Source: Vulcanimicrobiales bacterium (lineage in GTDB: Bacteria > Vulcanimicrobiota > Vulcanimicrobiia > Vulcanimicrobiales > Vulcanimicrobiaceae). From it: a stretch of DNA of 64,000 bases. Location: positions 32,001 through 96,000 of the forward strand of contig JBBQQR010000001.1 of assembly GCA_038215615.1 (NCBI GenBank), given 5' to 3'. The notes beneath the pieces were generated by a model. It was given only the letters and a program-made list of their open reading frames with translations, did not search any database and was not told where the DNA came from. This document shows positions 1 to 9,899 of the stretch, one piece after another. Numbering within the stretch: the first letter of the stretch is position 1; each line of letters starts with the position of its first letter. The translations under genes were made by a program, and so were the position numbers.

Positions 1-366
1 CTGCTCACGACCGTCGGCATTACGACCGTTGTTTGGCTTGCCGTAACGTTTCTCACGCCGCCGGTGGACGATGCGACGCTCGATGCCTTCTACGACAAGG
101 TCCGGCCCGCGGGAGCGGGTTGGGCCAAAGTCCGCAACCGCACCGGAGCGCCGGCCTCTCCCGACAGCCTTCCCAACTCGCTGCTCTGCTGGGTCTTAGG
201 CCTGGTAGCGATTTACGCCGCCCTTTTCGGCACAGGCGCCTATCTCTACGGACACGTGCTCCAGGGTGCGATCTACACCGTTATCGTGATTGTGGCGGCC
301 GTCTGGCTCGCTCGCTTAACCACCGGCCGCGGCGAGCGTTCTCCACAGCGCTCACAGGGGGGCTGA
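1..366 (+). CDS. Sodium:solute symporter (SSS) family protein, C-terminal part (5' truncated by window)
   Basis: Frame 1 is open from base 1: LLTTVGITTVVWLAVTFLTPPVDDATLDAFYDKVRPAGAGW, followed by 2 TM helices; typical SSS C-terminus. Confidence 0.7.
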   Translation: MLTTVGITTVVWLAVTFLTPPVDDATLDAFYDKVRPAGAGWAKVRNRTGAPASPDSLPNSLLCWVLGLVAIYAALFGTGAYLYGHVLQGAIYTVIVIVAAVWLARLTTGRGERSPQRSQGG

Positions 367-424
367 CCCCGCTGTGGATATAACCTCCGAGCGCGACGCT
401 TCTTTACGGACTAGGAGATCGATC

Positions 425-1396
425 TTGAAAAAATTCGGACCCGCGGCTTTGGCCGCGATTGCCCTGTTGGTGCCTGCCTGTTCCTCGAACTCGGGCTCGA
501 CGACGACCACAAGCGGAACCACGACGACTGCAAAAACGACAGCCGGCGTGAATTCGCCCGGCCCAAAGACGATCGGCGTCTCGATTCAGGATCTGGAAGC
601 GCAGTTCTACCAGCAGATGGAAGCCGGAATGAAATCGGAAGGCGCCAAGTTCGGTTACAAAGTCACGTTTGTCGACGCCAGCCGCGACAGCGCGCGCCAG
701 CAGTCGCAAGTCGAGGATTTCATCTCGCGCAAGGTTGATGCCATCATCCTGACGCCCTACGATTCGCAAGCGATCGGCAGCGCCATCGTTGAAGCCAATG
801 GTGCTAATATCCCCGTCTTCACGGCCGATATCGCGAACGCCAGCAAACAAGGCGTCGTGGTTTCCCACGTTGCTTCGAACAACGTGCAGGGCGGACAGCA
901 GGCCGGCATGCTGATGTGCAACGCACTCCACGGTTCGGGCAGCGTTGCGATCATCGACGAACCCGAAGTGACGAGCGTGCAGGATCGCGTCAAAGGTTTT
1001 CGCACGGCGCTTGCGCAGCATTGTCCGAACGTTAAAGTCGTTGCCGACGTAGACTCCGGCGGCACGCGCACTAAAGCCAACGCGGATATGGGCGACGTGC
1101 TGCAACGCTACAAAGATCTCAAAGGCATCTTCGGCATCAACGACGACTCCGCGCTTGGCGCGGTCGCGGCGATTCAAGCGGCCGGCATGAAAGGCATCGC
1201 GGTCGTCGGGTACGACGCATCGCCCGAAGCGCGCACAGCGATTGCCGGCGGCTCGATGGTCGGCGACGCGATCCAGCATCCCGACGTTATCGGCGCCAAG
1301 ACGATCGACGTCATCCACGATTATTTCTCGGGCAAGACGGTTCCGGCGCGCATCGACGTTCCGGTTGGAACCTATACGAAGGCCAACGCGAAATAA
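425..1396 (+). CDS. Sugar ABC transporter substrate-binding lipoprotein (RbsB-like)
   Basis: AGGAG SD then TTG at 425 (ORF track starts at 374); lipobox LVPAC; Thr/Ser linker; periplasmic-binding motifs QQSQVEDFI, GINDDSALGA, VVGYD. Confidence 0.9.
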   Translation: MKKFGPAALAAIALLVPACSSNSGSTTTTSGTTTTAKTTAGVNSPGPKTIGVSIQDLEAQFYQQMEAGMKSEGAKFGYKVTFVDASRDSARQQSQVEDFISRKVDAIILTPYDSQAIGSAIVEANGANIPVFTADIANASKQGVVVSHVASNNVQGGQQAGMLMCNALHGSGSVAIIDEPEVTSVQDRVKGFRTALAQHCPNVKVVADVDSGGTRTKANADMGDVLQRYKDLKGIFGINDDSALGAVAAIQAAGMKGIAVVGYDASPEARTAIAGGSMVGDAIQHPDVIGAKTIDVIHDYFSGKTVPARIDVPVGTYTKANAK

Positions 1397-1422
1397 CCAA
1401 CGCCGCTAGTCCACTCCTCCAG

Positions 1423-2901
1423 ATGCGCGGCATCGGGAAAACATTTCCCGGTGTTCGCGCGCTCGAAGACGTTTCGCTCGACCTTCAGGCGGGCGAAGTG
1501 CACGCGCTGGTCGGCGAAAACGGCGCTGGTAAATCGACGCTCATGAAGATTCTGGCCGGCGCGCAGCGGGCCGACACGGGCGAGATCGCCGTCGACCGCA
1601 AGACCGTTGCCATCGACTCGCCGCGCGCAGCCGAAAATCTGGGCATCGGCATGATCTATCAAGAGTTCAATCTGGTCCCCGCGTTTAATGCGGTCGATAA
1701 CATCGTGCTCGGCAACGAACCTGCCAAAGGTTTGCTGCTCGACGAACGCGCCGCCCGCCAACGCGCCGAAACCGTTTTTGCCGAACTGGGCATTACGCTG
1801 CCGCTGACGGTCGAAACGGCGCAGCTTCGCGTCGCGGAGCAGCAGCTGATCGAAATCGCCAAGGTCCTTTCGCGCAACGCGCGCATCATCGTCATGGACG
1901 AGCCGTCTGCGGCGCTAACCGATCGCGAGATCGGCAAGCTTTTCGAGGTCATTCGCACGCTCAAGGCGCGCGGAGTAGGAATCATCTACATTTCGCACCG
2001 CCTTGAGGAACTGCCGCAGATCGCCGATCGCGTGACCGTGCTGCGCGACGGACGAGTCATCGAAACGCGCGCCGCCAAGGATTTTCCACCCGACGACATC
2101 ATTCGCGCTATGGTAGGACGGCGCTTGGAGTCCCATTTCCCGGAGTTGCCGCCGGTCGCGCCCGGCGCGCCGGTGGCGCTCGCCGTGCGAGATTTGACGC
2201 GCGCGCCGTCCGTTAACGGCGTGTCGTTCGAGGTGCGGCAAGGCGAGATCGTCGGACTGGCCGGCTTGGTCGGAGCCGGGCGTACGGAGATCGTGCGCGC
2301 CATTGCAGGCGCCGACATTCCGCAGGAAGGCACCATCGAGGTGCAAGGGCGCGTAATACGCATCCGTTCACCGCGCGACGGCATCGACGCAGGGTTCGCG
2401 TTTATCACCGAAGATCGCAAAGCGCAGGGCCTCGTGCTCGGAATGAGCGTGCGTGAAAACGTTACTCTCGCGCATCTGGGACAATTCGTGCAACGCGACC
2501 AGCTCATCGACCGGTCGAAAGAGCAGCAAACAACACGCGAGTATATCGGCCAGCTGCAGATTCGTACACCGGGCACCGAGCAGCTGGTTCGCAATCTCTC
2601 CGGCGGTAATCAGCAGAAAGTCGTGCTTGCGAAGTGGCTGCTGGGCAACGCGAAAGTTTTCCTTTTCGACGAACCGACCCGCGGCATCGACGTCGGCGCC
2701 AAAGCCGAAATTTACGATCTGATGGTAAAGCTCGCAGCCGGCGGCGCGGCAATCGTGATGGTCAGCAGCGAACTTCCCGAAGTGCTCGGCATGGCGCACC
2801 GCATCCTCGTGATTCGGGGCGGACGCATCGTGCGTGAATTCGCGCGAGCGGACGCAACGCCCGACGCGGTGATCGCCGCGGCGACGGGAGCGGCAGCATG
2901 A
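1423..2901 (+). CDS. Sugar ABC transporter ATP-binding protein (RbsA-like, two ABC domains)
   Basis: GENGAGKST, MDEPS, LSGGNQQKVVLAKWL, DEPTRGIDVGAK; true start may be ATA at 1393. Confidence 0.95.
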   Translation: MRGIGKTFPGVRALEDVSLDLQAGEVHALVGENGAGKSTLMKILAGAQRADTGEIAVDRKTVAIDSPRAAENLGIGMIYQEFNLVPAFNAVDNIVLGNEPAKGLLLDERAARQRAETVFAELGITLPLTVETAQLRVAEQQLIEIAKVLSRNARIIVMDEPSAALTDREIGKLFEVIRTLKARGVGIIYISHRLEELPQIADRVTVLRDGRVIETRAAKDFPPDDIIRAMVGRRLESHFPELPPVAPGAPVALAVRDLTRAPSVNGVSFEVRQGEIVGLAGLVGAGRTEIVRAIAGADIPQEGTIEVQGRVIRIRSPRDGIDAGFAFITEDRKAQGLVLGMSVRENVTLAHLGQFVQRDQLIDRSKEQQTTREYIGQLQIRTPGTEQLVRNLSGGNQQKVVLAKWLLGNAKVFLFDEPTRGIDVGAKAEIYDLMVKLAAGGAAIVMVSSELPEVLGMAHRILVIRGGRIVREFARADATPDAVIAAATGAAA

Positions 2902-3875
2902 AGGCGGAGGCGCGCACGTACTGGTTGAGAGCGGGAGCCGCGATTGCGTTCTTGGTCGTGGTCGCGCTCGTGATTAACTTTGCCGCTCGCGGCACGTTCT
3001 TGCAGCCCGATAACGTGGTCCGCGTGCTGCGTCAGATCACCTACAATTTCATTATGGGCGTCGGCGAGACGTTCGTCATTATCACCGCGGGCATCGATCT
3101 CTCCATCGGCTCAATGATATCTCTGACCGGCGTCGTCATGGCGCTCTTCGCCAACGCCACGGGGCTGCATGGTTTTCCGTTAATTGCGGCGACGCTGCTC
3201 GTTGGCTTGGCGGTTGGCGCGGCCGCCGGATTCGTCAATGCGGTGCCGGTGGTGAAGCTGAATCTGCCGCCCTTTATCACGACGCTGGCAATGATGCAGA
3301 TTGCACTGGGACTTTCCTATATTCTCTCCGGCGGCCAGCCCGTGCCGCTGCAGATGACCGACTTCCAACATACCGGATACGGCGTCATACCGCATACGAA
3401 GATCCCGTATCCCGTCATTTGGATGGTCGTGGTCTTAATCGTCAGTTCGATATTGCTGATGCGCACGCGCTTCGGAAGATACGTTTTCGCCATCGGCGGA
3501 AACGAGGAGGCAGCGCGGCTGGCCGGCATCAACGTCGGGCGCATCAAAACGGCTGTCTACGTCATCAGCGGCATGTGTGCCGCCATCGTCGGCTTTCTGT
3601 ATATGTCGCTGTTTTCGTCGGGTTCGCCGCAAACCGCAACCGGCAACGAGATGCTCAACGCCATCGCCGCGGTCGTGGTCGGCGGCACGAGTTTGATGGG
3701 TGGGCGGGGCGCGATCATCGGCACATTTTTCGGCGCGCTGCTAATCGGGTTCTTGGACAACGCGATGAATCTGCTGCAGATTAACTCGTATTTGCAGTGG
3801 GTAGTGCTCGGGGTAGTGATCTTGCTCGCAGTCGTGCTCGACGAACTCCGTAAGAGGTACCTCAAACGGGCGTAA
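2898..3875 (+). CDS. Sugar ABC transporter permease (RbsC-like)
   Basis: GIDLSIG, RTRFGRYVFAIGGNEEAARLAG, AAVVVGGTSLMGGRG; ATGA overlap with the ATPase gene. Confidence 0.95.
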   Translation: MKAEARTYWLRAGAAIAFLVVVALVINFAARGTFLQPDNVVRVLRQITYNFIMGVGETFVIITAGIDLSIGSMISLTGVVMALFANATGLHGFPLIAATLLVGLAVGAAAGFVNAVPVVKLNLPPFITTLAMMQIALGLSYILSGGQPVPLQMTDFQHTGYGVIPHTKIPYPVIWMVVVLIVSSILLMRTRFGRYVFAIGGNEEAARLAGINVGRIKTAVYVISGMCAAIVGFLYMSLFSSGSPQTATGNEMLNAIAAVVVGGTSLMGGRGAIIGTFFGALLIGFLDNAMNLLQINSYLQWVVLGVVILLAVVLDELRKRYLKRA

Positions 3876-3898
3876 AATCTGACAAACCCAATGATGGC

Positions 3899-5791
3899 AT
3901 GCCGCTTGAGAAATCGCGCAGCCGTAGGCGCAAGGAACCGCTTTCGGCGTTGGCGCTCGGTGCGCTGGGCATCGTTTTTGGCGATATCGGTACGAGCCCG
4001 CTCTACGCCTTTGCGTTGTGTTTCGCGGGCGACTATCCGGCGAAGGTAACGCCGCAAAACATCATAGGGATCTGTTCGCTCATCTTTTGGGCGCTCGCGA
4101 TCGTCGTCACGGTAAAATACGTGATCTTCATGTTGCGTGCCGATTTCGACGGCGAAGGCGGCACGCTGGCGCTCCTTGCTCAACTCGTGCCGGTTCGGCG
4201 CGCGGCCAAACCTCTTGGTCTCTCGGCAATTGCCTTGCTCATGCTCTTCGGTGCGTCGATGCTCTACGGAGACGGCGCGATCACGCCGGCCATCTCGGTC
4301 ATCTCGGCGGTCGAAGGCTTGAACGTCTGGACGACCGCCGCGCATCCGTACATCGTGCCGATTTCAGTTGTCATTCTGATCGCGCTGTTCTTGATTCAAA
4401 GGCGGGGAACGGGCGGCATCGGGTTCTTGTTCGGCCCGATCGTCTTGGTGTGGTTTGTGGTTATCGGCATTCTCGGAGCGGTCGCAATCGTGCACCATCC
4501 GCAGATCTTGGCGGCGCTCAATCCGGTCTACAGTTGGGAATTCTTCCTGCGCAACGGCTTGCTGAGTTTCCTGATTTTCGGCGCGGTCGTTCTCTGCGTT
4601 ACCGGAGTCGAAGCGCTCTATGCCGACCTCGCGCACTTCGGCAGAAAGCCGATCGCGATCGCTTGGGCAATCGTGGTCTTTCCAGCGCTCGTGCTCAATT
4701 ATTTCGGACAAGGCGCGCTCGTGCTCGCCAACCCGGGCGCGATCGCATCGCCGTTCTTCGCGCTGGTCCCGCGTTGGGGCTTGATCCCCATGGTTATCCT
4801 GGCAACGGCCGCCACGATCATCGCATCGCAAGCCCTGATCACCGGCGTCTTCTCACTCACTCAGCAAGCCATTCAACTGGGCTATCTGCCGCGCTTCAGA
4901 ATCGTGCACACATCGCGCCACTTCGCAGGCCAGATCTACATGCCGACGATCAACGCACTCCTCGGCATCGCTTGCATTCTCATCGTGATCACGTTTCGAT
5001 CCTCGGCCAATCTCGGCGGCGCGTACGGTCTTGCGGTCACGATTACGATGTTGACAACGACGATCGGATTCGCCGAGCTGGTCCGCAAGAAGTGGAAATG
5101 GCCGGCCTGGCAGTGGGTGCCGCTCGTTCTGATCTTCCTTTCCTGGGATGTGCCATTCTTCATCGGCAATGCATCGAAGTTCATCTCCGGCGGTTGGGTC
5201 CCGGTCGCAATGGCGCTGCTGCTTTTCACGGTCTTCATCACGTGGAACCGCGGACGCCGCCGATTGATGGAGCGTTTGGACTCGCATACGATGCCGGTCG
5301 ATCACTTCCTCAAAGAGATCAAGGCGCCGACGCTCGTGGGCGGGACGGCGTTTTTTCTGAGTCCGCAGCCGACCGGCATCCCGTTCGTTCTTCAGCACGG
5401 TTGGATCCGCAGCCACATCATCTACGACACGATCGTCCTGCTGACGGTCATGCACTCGGCGCGGCCATTCGTCCATCCGGAAAATCGCATCGAAGTGGAA
5501 CAGTTAGGTCCGCGCCTGCTGCGCGTCAAGGCCTCTTATGGGTTCATGGATACGCCGAGAATCGACGACATTCTGCGACTCCTGCGAAAGCGGCGACCCG
5601 ATGTCGATTTCTCGCACCCGACGTACTATTTAGCCAACCCCAAGATCGCCGACGACACGACTGCCCACGGCATGCCGTCGTGGCAACTCAATCTCTTCCG
5701 GTGGCTCGCGCGCAATGCGCGCCCGCTGACCGATTCACTCGGCTTACCGCCGAACAGCGTGATCGAATTCGGGGTCGAGGTTAAGCTCTAA
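3899..5791 (+). CDS. kup: KUP/HAK/KT potassium transporter
   Basis: GIVFGDIGTSPLYA, GEGGTLAL, YGDGAITPAISVISAVEG, GVEALYADLAHFG, GQIYMP. Confidence 0.97.
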   Translation: MPLEKSRSRRRKEPLSALALGALGIVFGDIGTSPLYAFALCFAGDYPAKVTPQNIIGICSLIFWALAIVVTVKYVIFMLRADFDGEGGTLALLAQLVPVRRAAKPLGLSAIALLMLFGASMLYGDGAITPAISVISAVEGLNVWTTAAHPYIVPISVVILIALFLIQRRGTGGIGFLFGPIVLVWFVVIGILGAVAIVHHPQILAALNPVYSWEFFLRNGLLSFLIFGAVVLCVTGVEALYADLAHFGRKPIAIAWAIVVFPALVLNYFGQGALVLANPGAIASPFFALVPRWGLIPMVILATAATIIASQALITGVFSLTQQAIQLGYLPRFRIVHTSRHFAGQIYMPTINALLGIACILIVITFRSSANLGGAYGLAVTITMLTTTIGFAELVRKKWKWPAWQWVPLVLIFLSWDVPFFIGNASKFISGGWVPVAMALLLFTVFITWNRGRRRLMERLDSHTMPVDHFLKEIKAPTLVGGTAFFLSPQPTGIPFVLQHGWIRSHIIYDTIVLLTVMHSARPFVHPENRIEVEQLGPRLLRVKASYGFMDTPRIDDILRLLRKRRPDVDFSHPTYYLANPKIADDTTAHGMPSWQLNLFRWLARNARPLTDSLGLPPNSVIEFGVEVKL

Positions 5792-6432
5792 AAGTCGGAG
5801 TCTTTCAGTCCGACGTTGGTGCGCAGGTCGGTCCAGAACTCTCGTGAGATGATCTGGTCGCCGGCCCAGCGGATTTGCGCGACCGGCAGGTGCGTCGCTT
5901 TCGAAAAATAGATGATGGCGCGCGTTTCGCCGGGCTCGCCGGCGCCCGGTGCGATCTTCAACTCGACGAGCGTTGTTTCTTGGCCACCGATCTGCGGGCC
6001 GTTGCGCTCCGAGAGAGTGCCTTTCATGGTCGTGTACTTGCCAACCTGATTTTGCAGTATGCCGTCGGGAATCGTGTAGCCGCGCAGCGATGTGGCGCGG
6101 CCGTCGTGCAATCCAACGGTCAAATGGATGAACGACAGGATGCCGCCTTGGTGACCGCTGACGGTGTCGCCGCCGGTCCACACCGCGCCGCCGCCGGTGC
6201 CCGGTCCCGAAACGATTTGTGTTTTGACAAAGCGCGGCCGCTTGTACATGTAGCGGTACGTGCGGTCCTGCGTTTGATTGCCTTGCACTTCGTGCGCGTT
6301 CACGGTGACCGTGTAGTCGTTCACCTTCGCGAAAGTTTCGTCAAAGGCGGTAATTGCGGGGACGGTGGCGGCCGAAGCGGGAGCGATGACGGCGGTCGCG
6401 GCCAATACCAGAGCCGAAAGTCTGTAAAGCAC
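5788..6432 (-). CDS. Secreted LolA-like (lipoprotein-sorting fold) protein
   Basis: Probable GTG start at 6432; signal peptide ending APASA; YKRP motif and C-terminal NVGLKDSDF typical of LolA-fold proteins. Confidence 0.6.
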   Translation of the reverse strand: MLYRLSALVLAATAVIAPASAATVPAITAFDETFAKVNDYTVTVNAHEVQGNQTQDRTYRYMYKRPRFVKTQIVSGPGTGGGAVWTGGDTVSGHQGGILSFIHLTVGLHDGRATSLRGYTIPDGILQNQVGKYTTMKGTLSERNGPQIGGQETTLVELKIAPGAGEPGETRAIIYFSKATHLPVAQIRWAGDQIISREFWTDLRTNVGLKDSDF

Positions 6433-6434
6433 CT

Positions 6435-7082
6435 CTAAGCCTTCTCTTGGGAAGCGCCCGGCCCCGCTTGGCTTTCGTCGGTGAGCAGCGTTCCGTGCTT
6501 GCCTTCCACACCAATAAGAACGTCGCACTTCGCGTTGGCTGCGATCTCTTCGATTTCGCGTCCGAGCGGCGCGCCCGTGTAGGTGCCCTCGCGGTAAGAG
6601 CCCATAATGATGAGGTCGGCGCGCTCGCGCTTGGCGAGGTCGAGCACGGCTTGCGACGTATGGCGGTGGTGGACGACTTCGGTGCGCAGGTCAACGCCGA
6701 ATTTTTTTCCGATGACTTCGGCCGAAGCCATAACGTCGAGCGCGAAGCGGTCTTCCTCTTCCATAATGGCATTGGTCGGCAGCGTGAAGGGCACTTCGAT
6801 CACGTAGAGCGCAAGCAGCTCGGAATGCTGACCGCGCGCGAGGCGGGCCGCAAGCACCATCATGTGCTCCGATCGAATCTCCGACGAAAAAACGACGAGC
6901 ACGGTTCCGAAGCTGCGTTTGAGCACGCGCTCCGCATCGCTCGCCGCGATGTCGGCCCGGCTCTTGGGCGGATGGAGCATCCAGTACAGCGTCGTGCTGA
7001 TCGCGATGACGGTTGCCAGGGCGGCAAACGCTCCGGCCAGGGTAACGTGCAGCGTCGTCGCCGGAACGTGCAGGCCGGTCAC
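6435..7082 (-). CDS. Universal stress protein with N-terminal TM helix
   Basis: LLALYVIEVP...AVLDLAKRERADLIIMGS...ANAKCDVLIG USP fold; hydrophobic N-terminus. Confidence 0.85.
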   Translation of the reverse strand: MTGLHVPATTLHVTLAGAFAALATVIAISTTLYWMLHPPKSRADIAASDAERVLKRSFGTVLVVFSSEIRSEHMMVLAARLARGQHSELLALYVIEVPFTLPTNAIMEEEDRFALDVMASAEVIGKKFGVDLRTEVVHHRHTSQAVLDLAKRERADLIIMGSYREGTYTGAPLGREIEEIAANAKCDVLIGVEGKHGTLLTDESQAGPGASQEKA

Positions 7083-7282
7083 GCGCGGTACCTGACCATC
7101 ATCGTCATCCGGTAGACGCCAAGTGCGAACATCGCCGCGCCAAGTACTAACCCTGGAATTGCCTCGAACCGCGCCCCGGCAATGCGCGCAACTTGCACAA
7201 AAATCGCCGCGCCCAGAACGATGAAGAGCAGCCCATTGAAGGCTTTGAAGCCGACGTAGGCTTTCGATTGGCGAAAACTCAT
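7079..7282 (-). CDS. Small 2-TM membrane protein
   Basis: 67 aa, two hydrophobic helices, 4-nt overlaps with both neighbours. Confidence 0.7.
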   Translation of the reverse strand: MSFRQSKAYVGFKAFNGLLFIVLGAAIFVQVARIAGARFEAIPGLVLGAAMFALGVYRMTMMVRYRA

Positions 7283-8871
7283 GAGGTCTTCATCGTGAAG
7301 TTCGGATCGCGCGCTTTGAGCTTGTCGACCAGTTCGTCCATCAATTCAAGTTCGCCGGCGTTTTTGAGAATCTGCACTTGATCCCGGCTCCAGTTGCGCG
7401 GCACCGATCCGAAGAGCGGCAGTTTTTTGCGCAGCCGGTAGATCACATACACCGCGATACCAAAGATGAGCCAAGACGGGCCGGCAATGCGCCCTATATG
7501 ATGGGTGAGCAGCACGAAGACGAGAATCGCGAGGATCCCGAAAAAGCCGATGAGGCCGACGATGGGAAAATAGATCTGCTCGCCCCGGAAACGCAGCTTG
7601 AGGTTGAACGGGATCATGAACTTGCGCGGGGTGAGCGGGTCTTTCATCCGCAGCGCGATCAGCGCGATAAAGACCAGCGTGTAACTTGCGGCCGCGCCGA
7701 AGGCGTACAGATCGCCCAAAAACTCATAGCCGAAATCGCCCTGCAGAGCTGCAAAAACCAACTCGATTGCGGCCAGCGTGCAGAAGACGGCGATCGAAAT
7801 GACGGGTGTTTTGAACTTGCGATGCACCCGCTTGAAGATGCTGGGCAGCAAGTTGAACTGGCTCATCGAATACGCGATGCGTGAGCTGCCGAAGACGCCG
7901 GAGTTGCTCGAGATCAAAAGCAGCGTCGCTCCGAAGACCGGCACGTAGAACGCTGCGAGCAAACCGAAGTACGGAATGTTGGAAGCCATCACCGCGACAG
8001 CCTTGTCTTGATTGTGCGTCGTTCCCAAGTAATGCCAGAACTGTTGCGCGTGGCCGGCCGCGTCGTGCGGAGTGGGGAACCATGGCTGCATGCCCAGCGC
8101 CAAGTTTGAGTAGGCGAGAGCAAAGATCAGGATCGTCAGGATCAGCGATATGGACGTGCGCGGAATGATCTGGGCCGGGCGGCTGGTTTCTTCGGCGGCG
8201 TGCGAGATGGATTCGAGCCCGACGAAAGAGATGATCGCAAGCGAAATGCCGTTCATCAGCTGAAACGTGCTCGGCCAGCCCGTCTGCATGCTGTGGATCA
8301 GAATTTCGGGATGAAATGTAAACAGAAAACCGAGCACGAGAATCAGCGTTTCGCTGAAAACGTCAATCGCGCTCACGAAACCGTTGAACGCGGTGCTCTC
8401 GCGCACGCCGATGACGTTCAGCACCGCCAGCCCTGCGATCAGGGCCAAAATTACCCAGAAGTGCACCATCGGATGCACGCCTGCGTCCAGAAAATGCAGC
8501 GGCGGCAAATGACTCAAATAGCCGATGCAGCCCCACGCAAAGAGCGTGATATCGATCGTAAAGTCGAGCAGCACCGCCCAGCCTGCGATAAATCCCAGAA
8601 AATCGCCGAGCCCTCGCATCACAAAATACTGGCCTCCGCCTGCCACCGGATAGGCCGCCGCGAGCTCGGTGTAAGCCAGACCGACGCAAACATAAACGAG
8701 TCCGGCAAATAGGAACGCGATGTTGGTGGCGCCGCCCGCCACACCGATGACCAGGCCTAGGGCTACGAAGATGTCCGCGCCGACGTCGGCATAACCCCAC
8801 GAGTAAGAACCCCAGGGCGTTACCGAGCGGCGCAGCTCTTGCTGCCCGCCGGCTGCGACGTCAGAAGACAT
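7279..8871 (-). CDS. APC-superfamily amino acid permease
   Basis: ~12 TM; AYTELAAAYPVAGG, SFVGLESISHAAEE, SSRIAYSMS, HRKFKTP. Confidence 0.92.
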   Translation of the reverse strand: MSSDVAAGGQQELRRSVTPWGSYSWGYADVGADIFVALGLVIGVAGGATNIAFLFAGLVYVCVGLAYTELAAAYPVAGGGQYFVMRGLGDFLGFIAGWAVLLDFTIDITLFAWGCIGYLSHLPPLHFLDAGVHPMVHFWVILALIAGLAVLNVIGVRESTAFNGFVSAIDVFSETLILVLGFLFTFHPEILIHSMQTGWPSTFQLMNGISLAIISFVGLESISHAAEETSRPAQIIPRTSISLILTILIFALAYSNLALGMQPWFPTPHDAAGHAQQFWHYLGTTHNQDKAVAVMASNIPYFGLLAAFYVPVFGATLLLISSNSGVFGSSRIAYSMSQFNLLPSIFKRVHRKFKTPVISIAVFCTLAAIELVFAALQGDFGYEFLGDLYAFGAAASYTLVFIALIALRMKDPLTPRKFMIPFNLKLRFRGEQIYFPIVGLIGFFGILAILVFVLLTHHIGRIAGPSWLIFGIAVYVIYRLRKKLPLFGSVPRNWSRDQVQILKNAGELELMDELVDKLKARDPNFTMKTS

Positions 8872-9202
8872 TGCGGTGCAGCGTCAGGCGGGCGCCGTCG
8901 AGTGCGACGACGTCGAAACGAAACTGCGCGCCCGGCGCGACAATTTGCATGTAGTCGGCGGCGATGCGCCGCAGGGTCGCGCGTTTGCGCGGCCCGACCG
9001 CCGAAAGCGCGCTCCCGAACGTGCGCGTGTCGCGGCGCTTCACCTCGACGAACACGATCGTCGCGCCGTCACGACAGACGAGGTCGATCTCACCACCGGG
9101 CACGCGCACGTTCCGGCGCACGACGCTGTATCCGCAAGATTCCAAAAACGCGGCCGCGCGGCTCTCTCCTTCGCGGCCTTTCGCGTTTCGTTCAAGCGCC
9201 AA
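8861..9202 (-). CDS. yraN: YraN (UPF0102) family nuclease-like protein
   Basis: GREGESRAAAFL...GEIDLV...VFVEVKRR...RFDVV; TTG start at 9202 overlapping rnhB end. Confidence 0.9.
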   Translation of the reverse strand: MALERNAKGREGESRAAAFLESCGYSVVRRNVRVPGGEIDLVCRDGATIVFVEVKRRDTRTFGSALSAVGPRKRATLRRIAADYMQIVAPGAQFRFDVVALDGARLTLHRNVF

Positions 9203-9899
9203 ATGCCGTTTCTGCTTCCGTGACCGTGAAACCAAAGACAAGCTGAGCCTCGCGCACGCGCCACCAGCCCGAACGGTGATGCACGCATGGCCCGTGTTCC
9301 TTGAGCGCGCGCAAATGTTCCGGCGTCGAGTAGCCCTTGTGATCGGCAAAGCCGTAACGCGGCTCGAGTTCGTGCAGCTCGCGCAGTAGGGCGTCGCGAT
9401 GAACTTTGGCGACAATCGATGCGGCCGCGACGATGGCGCTGCGCGCGTCACCCTTGATCAGCGGCTCCTGCGGCCCGGCGAACGATTTGATGCGCACCGC
9501 GTCGGTGATCAGATACTCGGGAAGGACCGGCAGCGCCGCCAGCGCGCGCTCCATCGCCAGCACGCTCGCCCAATAGATGTTTAGCCGATCGATCTCTGCG
9601 ACGCTGGCGCTGCCGATGCTCCACGCCGAGCAGCGCTCTTTGATCGTCTCGGCGAGGTCCTCGCGCAATTCCTGTTTGACTTGCTTGGAATCGTTGAGTC
9701 CGTGCAGCATCAGCGGTTCCGACGCGACCACGCACGCGGCGATAACCGGGCCTGCCAGCGGTCCACGGCCGACTTCGTCGATGCCGCCGACGTACAGGAA
9801 GCCTTGCGCGCGCGCGGCCCTTTCAAAAAAATGAATGCGGTGTAAGCGCCGCCGCTCGCGTTCGTAGGCGTTCTTGGCTTTACGGTGTTTCGACGTCAC
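9192..9899 (-). CDS. rnhB: Ribonuclease HII
   Basis: GIDEVGRGPLAGPV, LNDSK, KGDARSAIVAAASIVAKVHRD, HKGYST. Confidence 0.97.
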   Translation of the reverse strand: MTSKHRKAKNAYERERRRLHRIHFFERAARAQGFLYVGGIDEVGRGPLAGPVIAACVVASEPLMLHGLNDSKQVKQELREDLAETIKERCSAWSIGSASVAEIDRLNIYWASVLAMERALAALPVLPEYLITDAVRIKSFAGPQEPLIKGDARSAIVAAASIVAKVHRDALLRELHELEPRYGFADHKGYSTPEHLRALKEHGPCVHHRSGWWRVREAQLVFGFTVTEAETAFGA

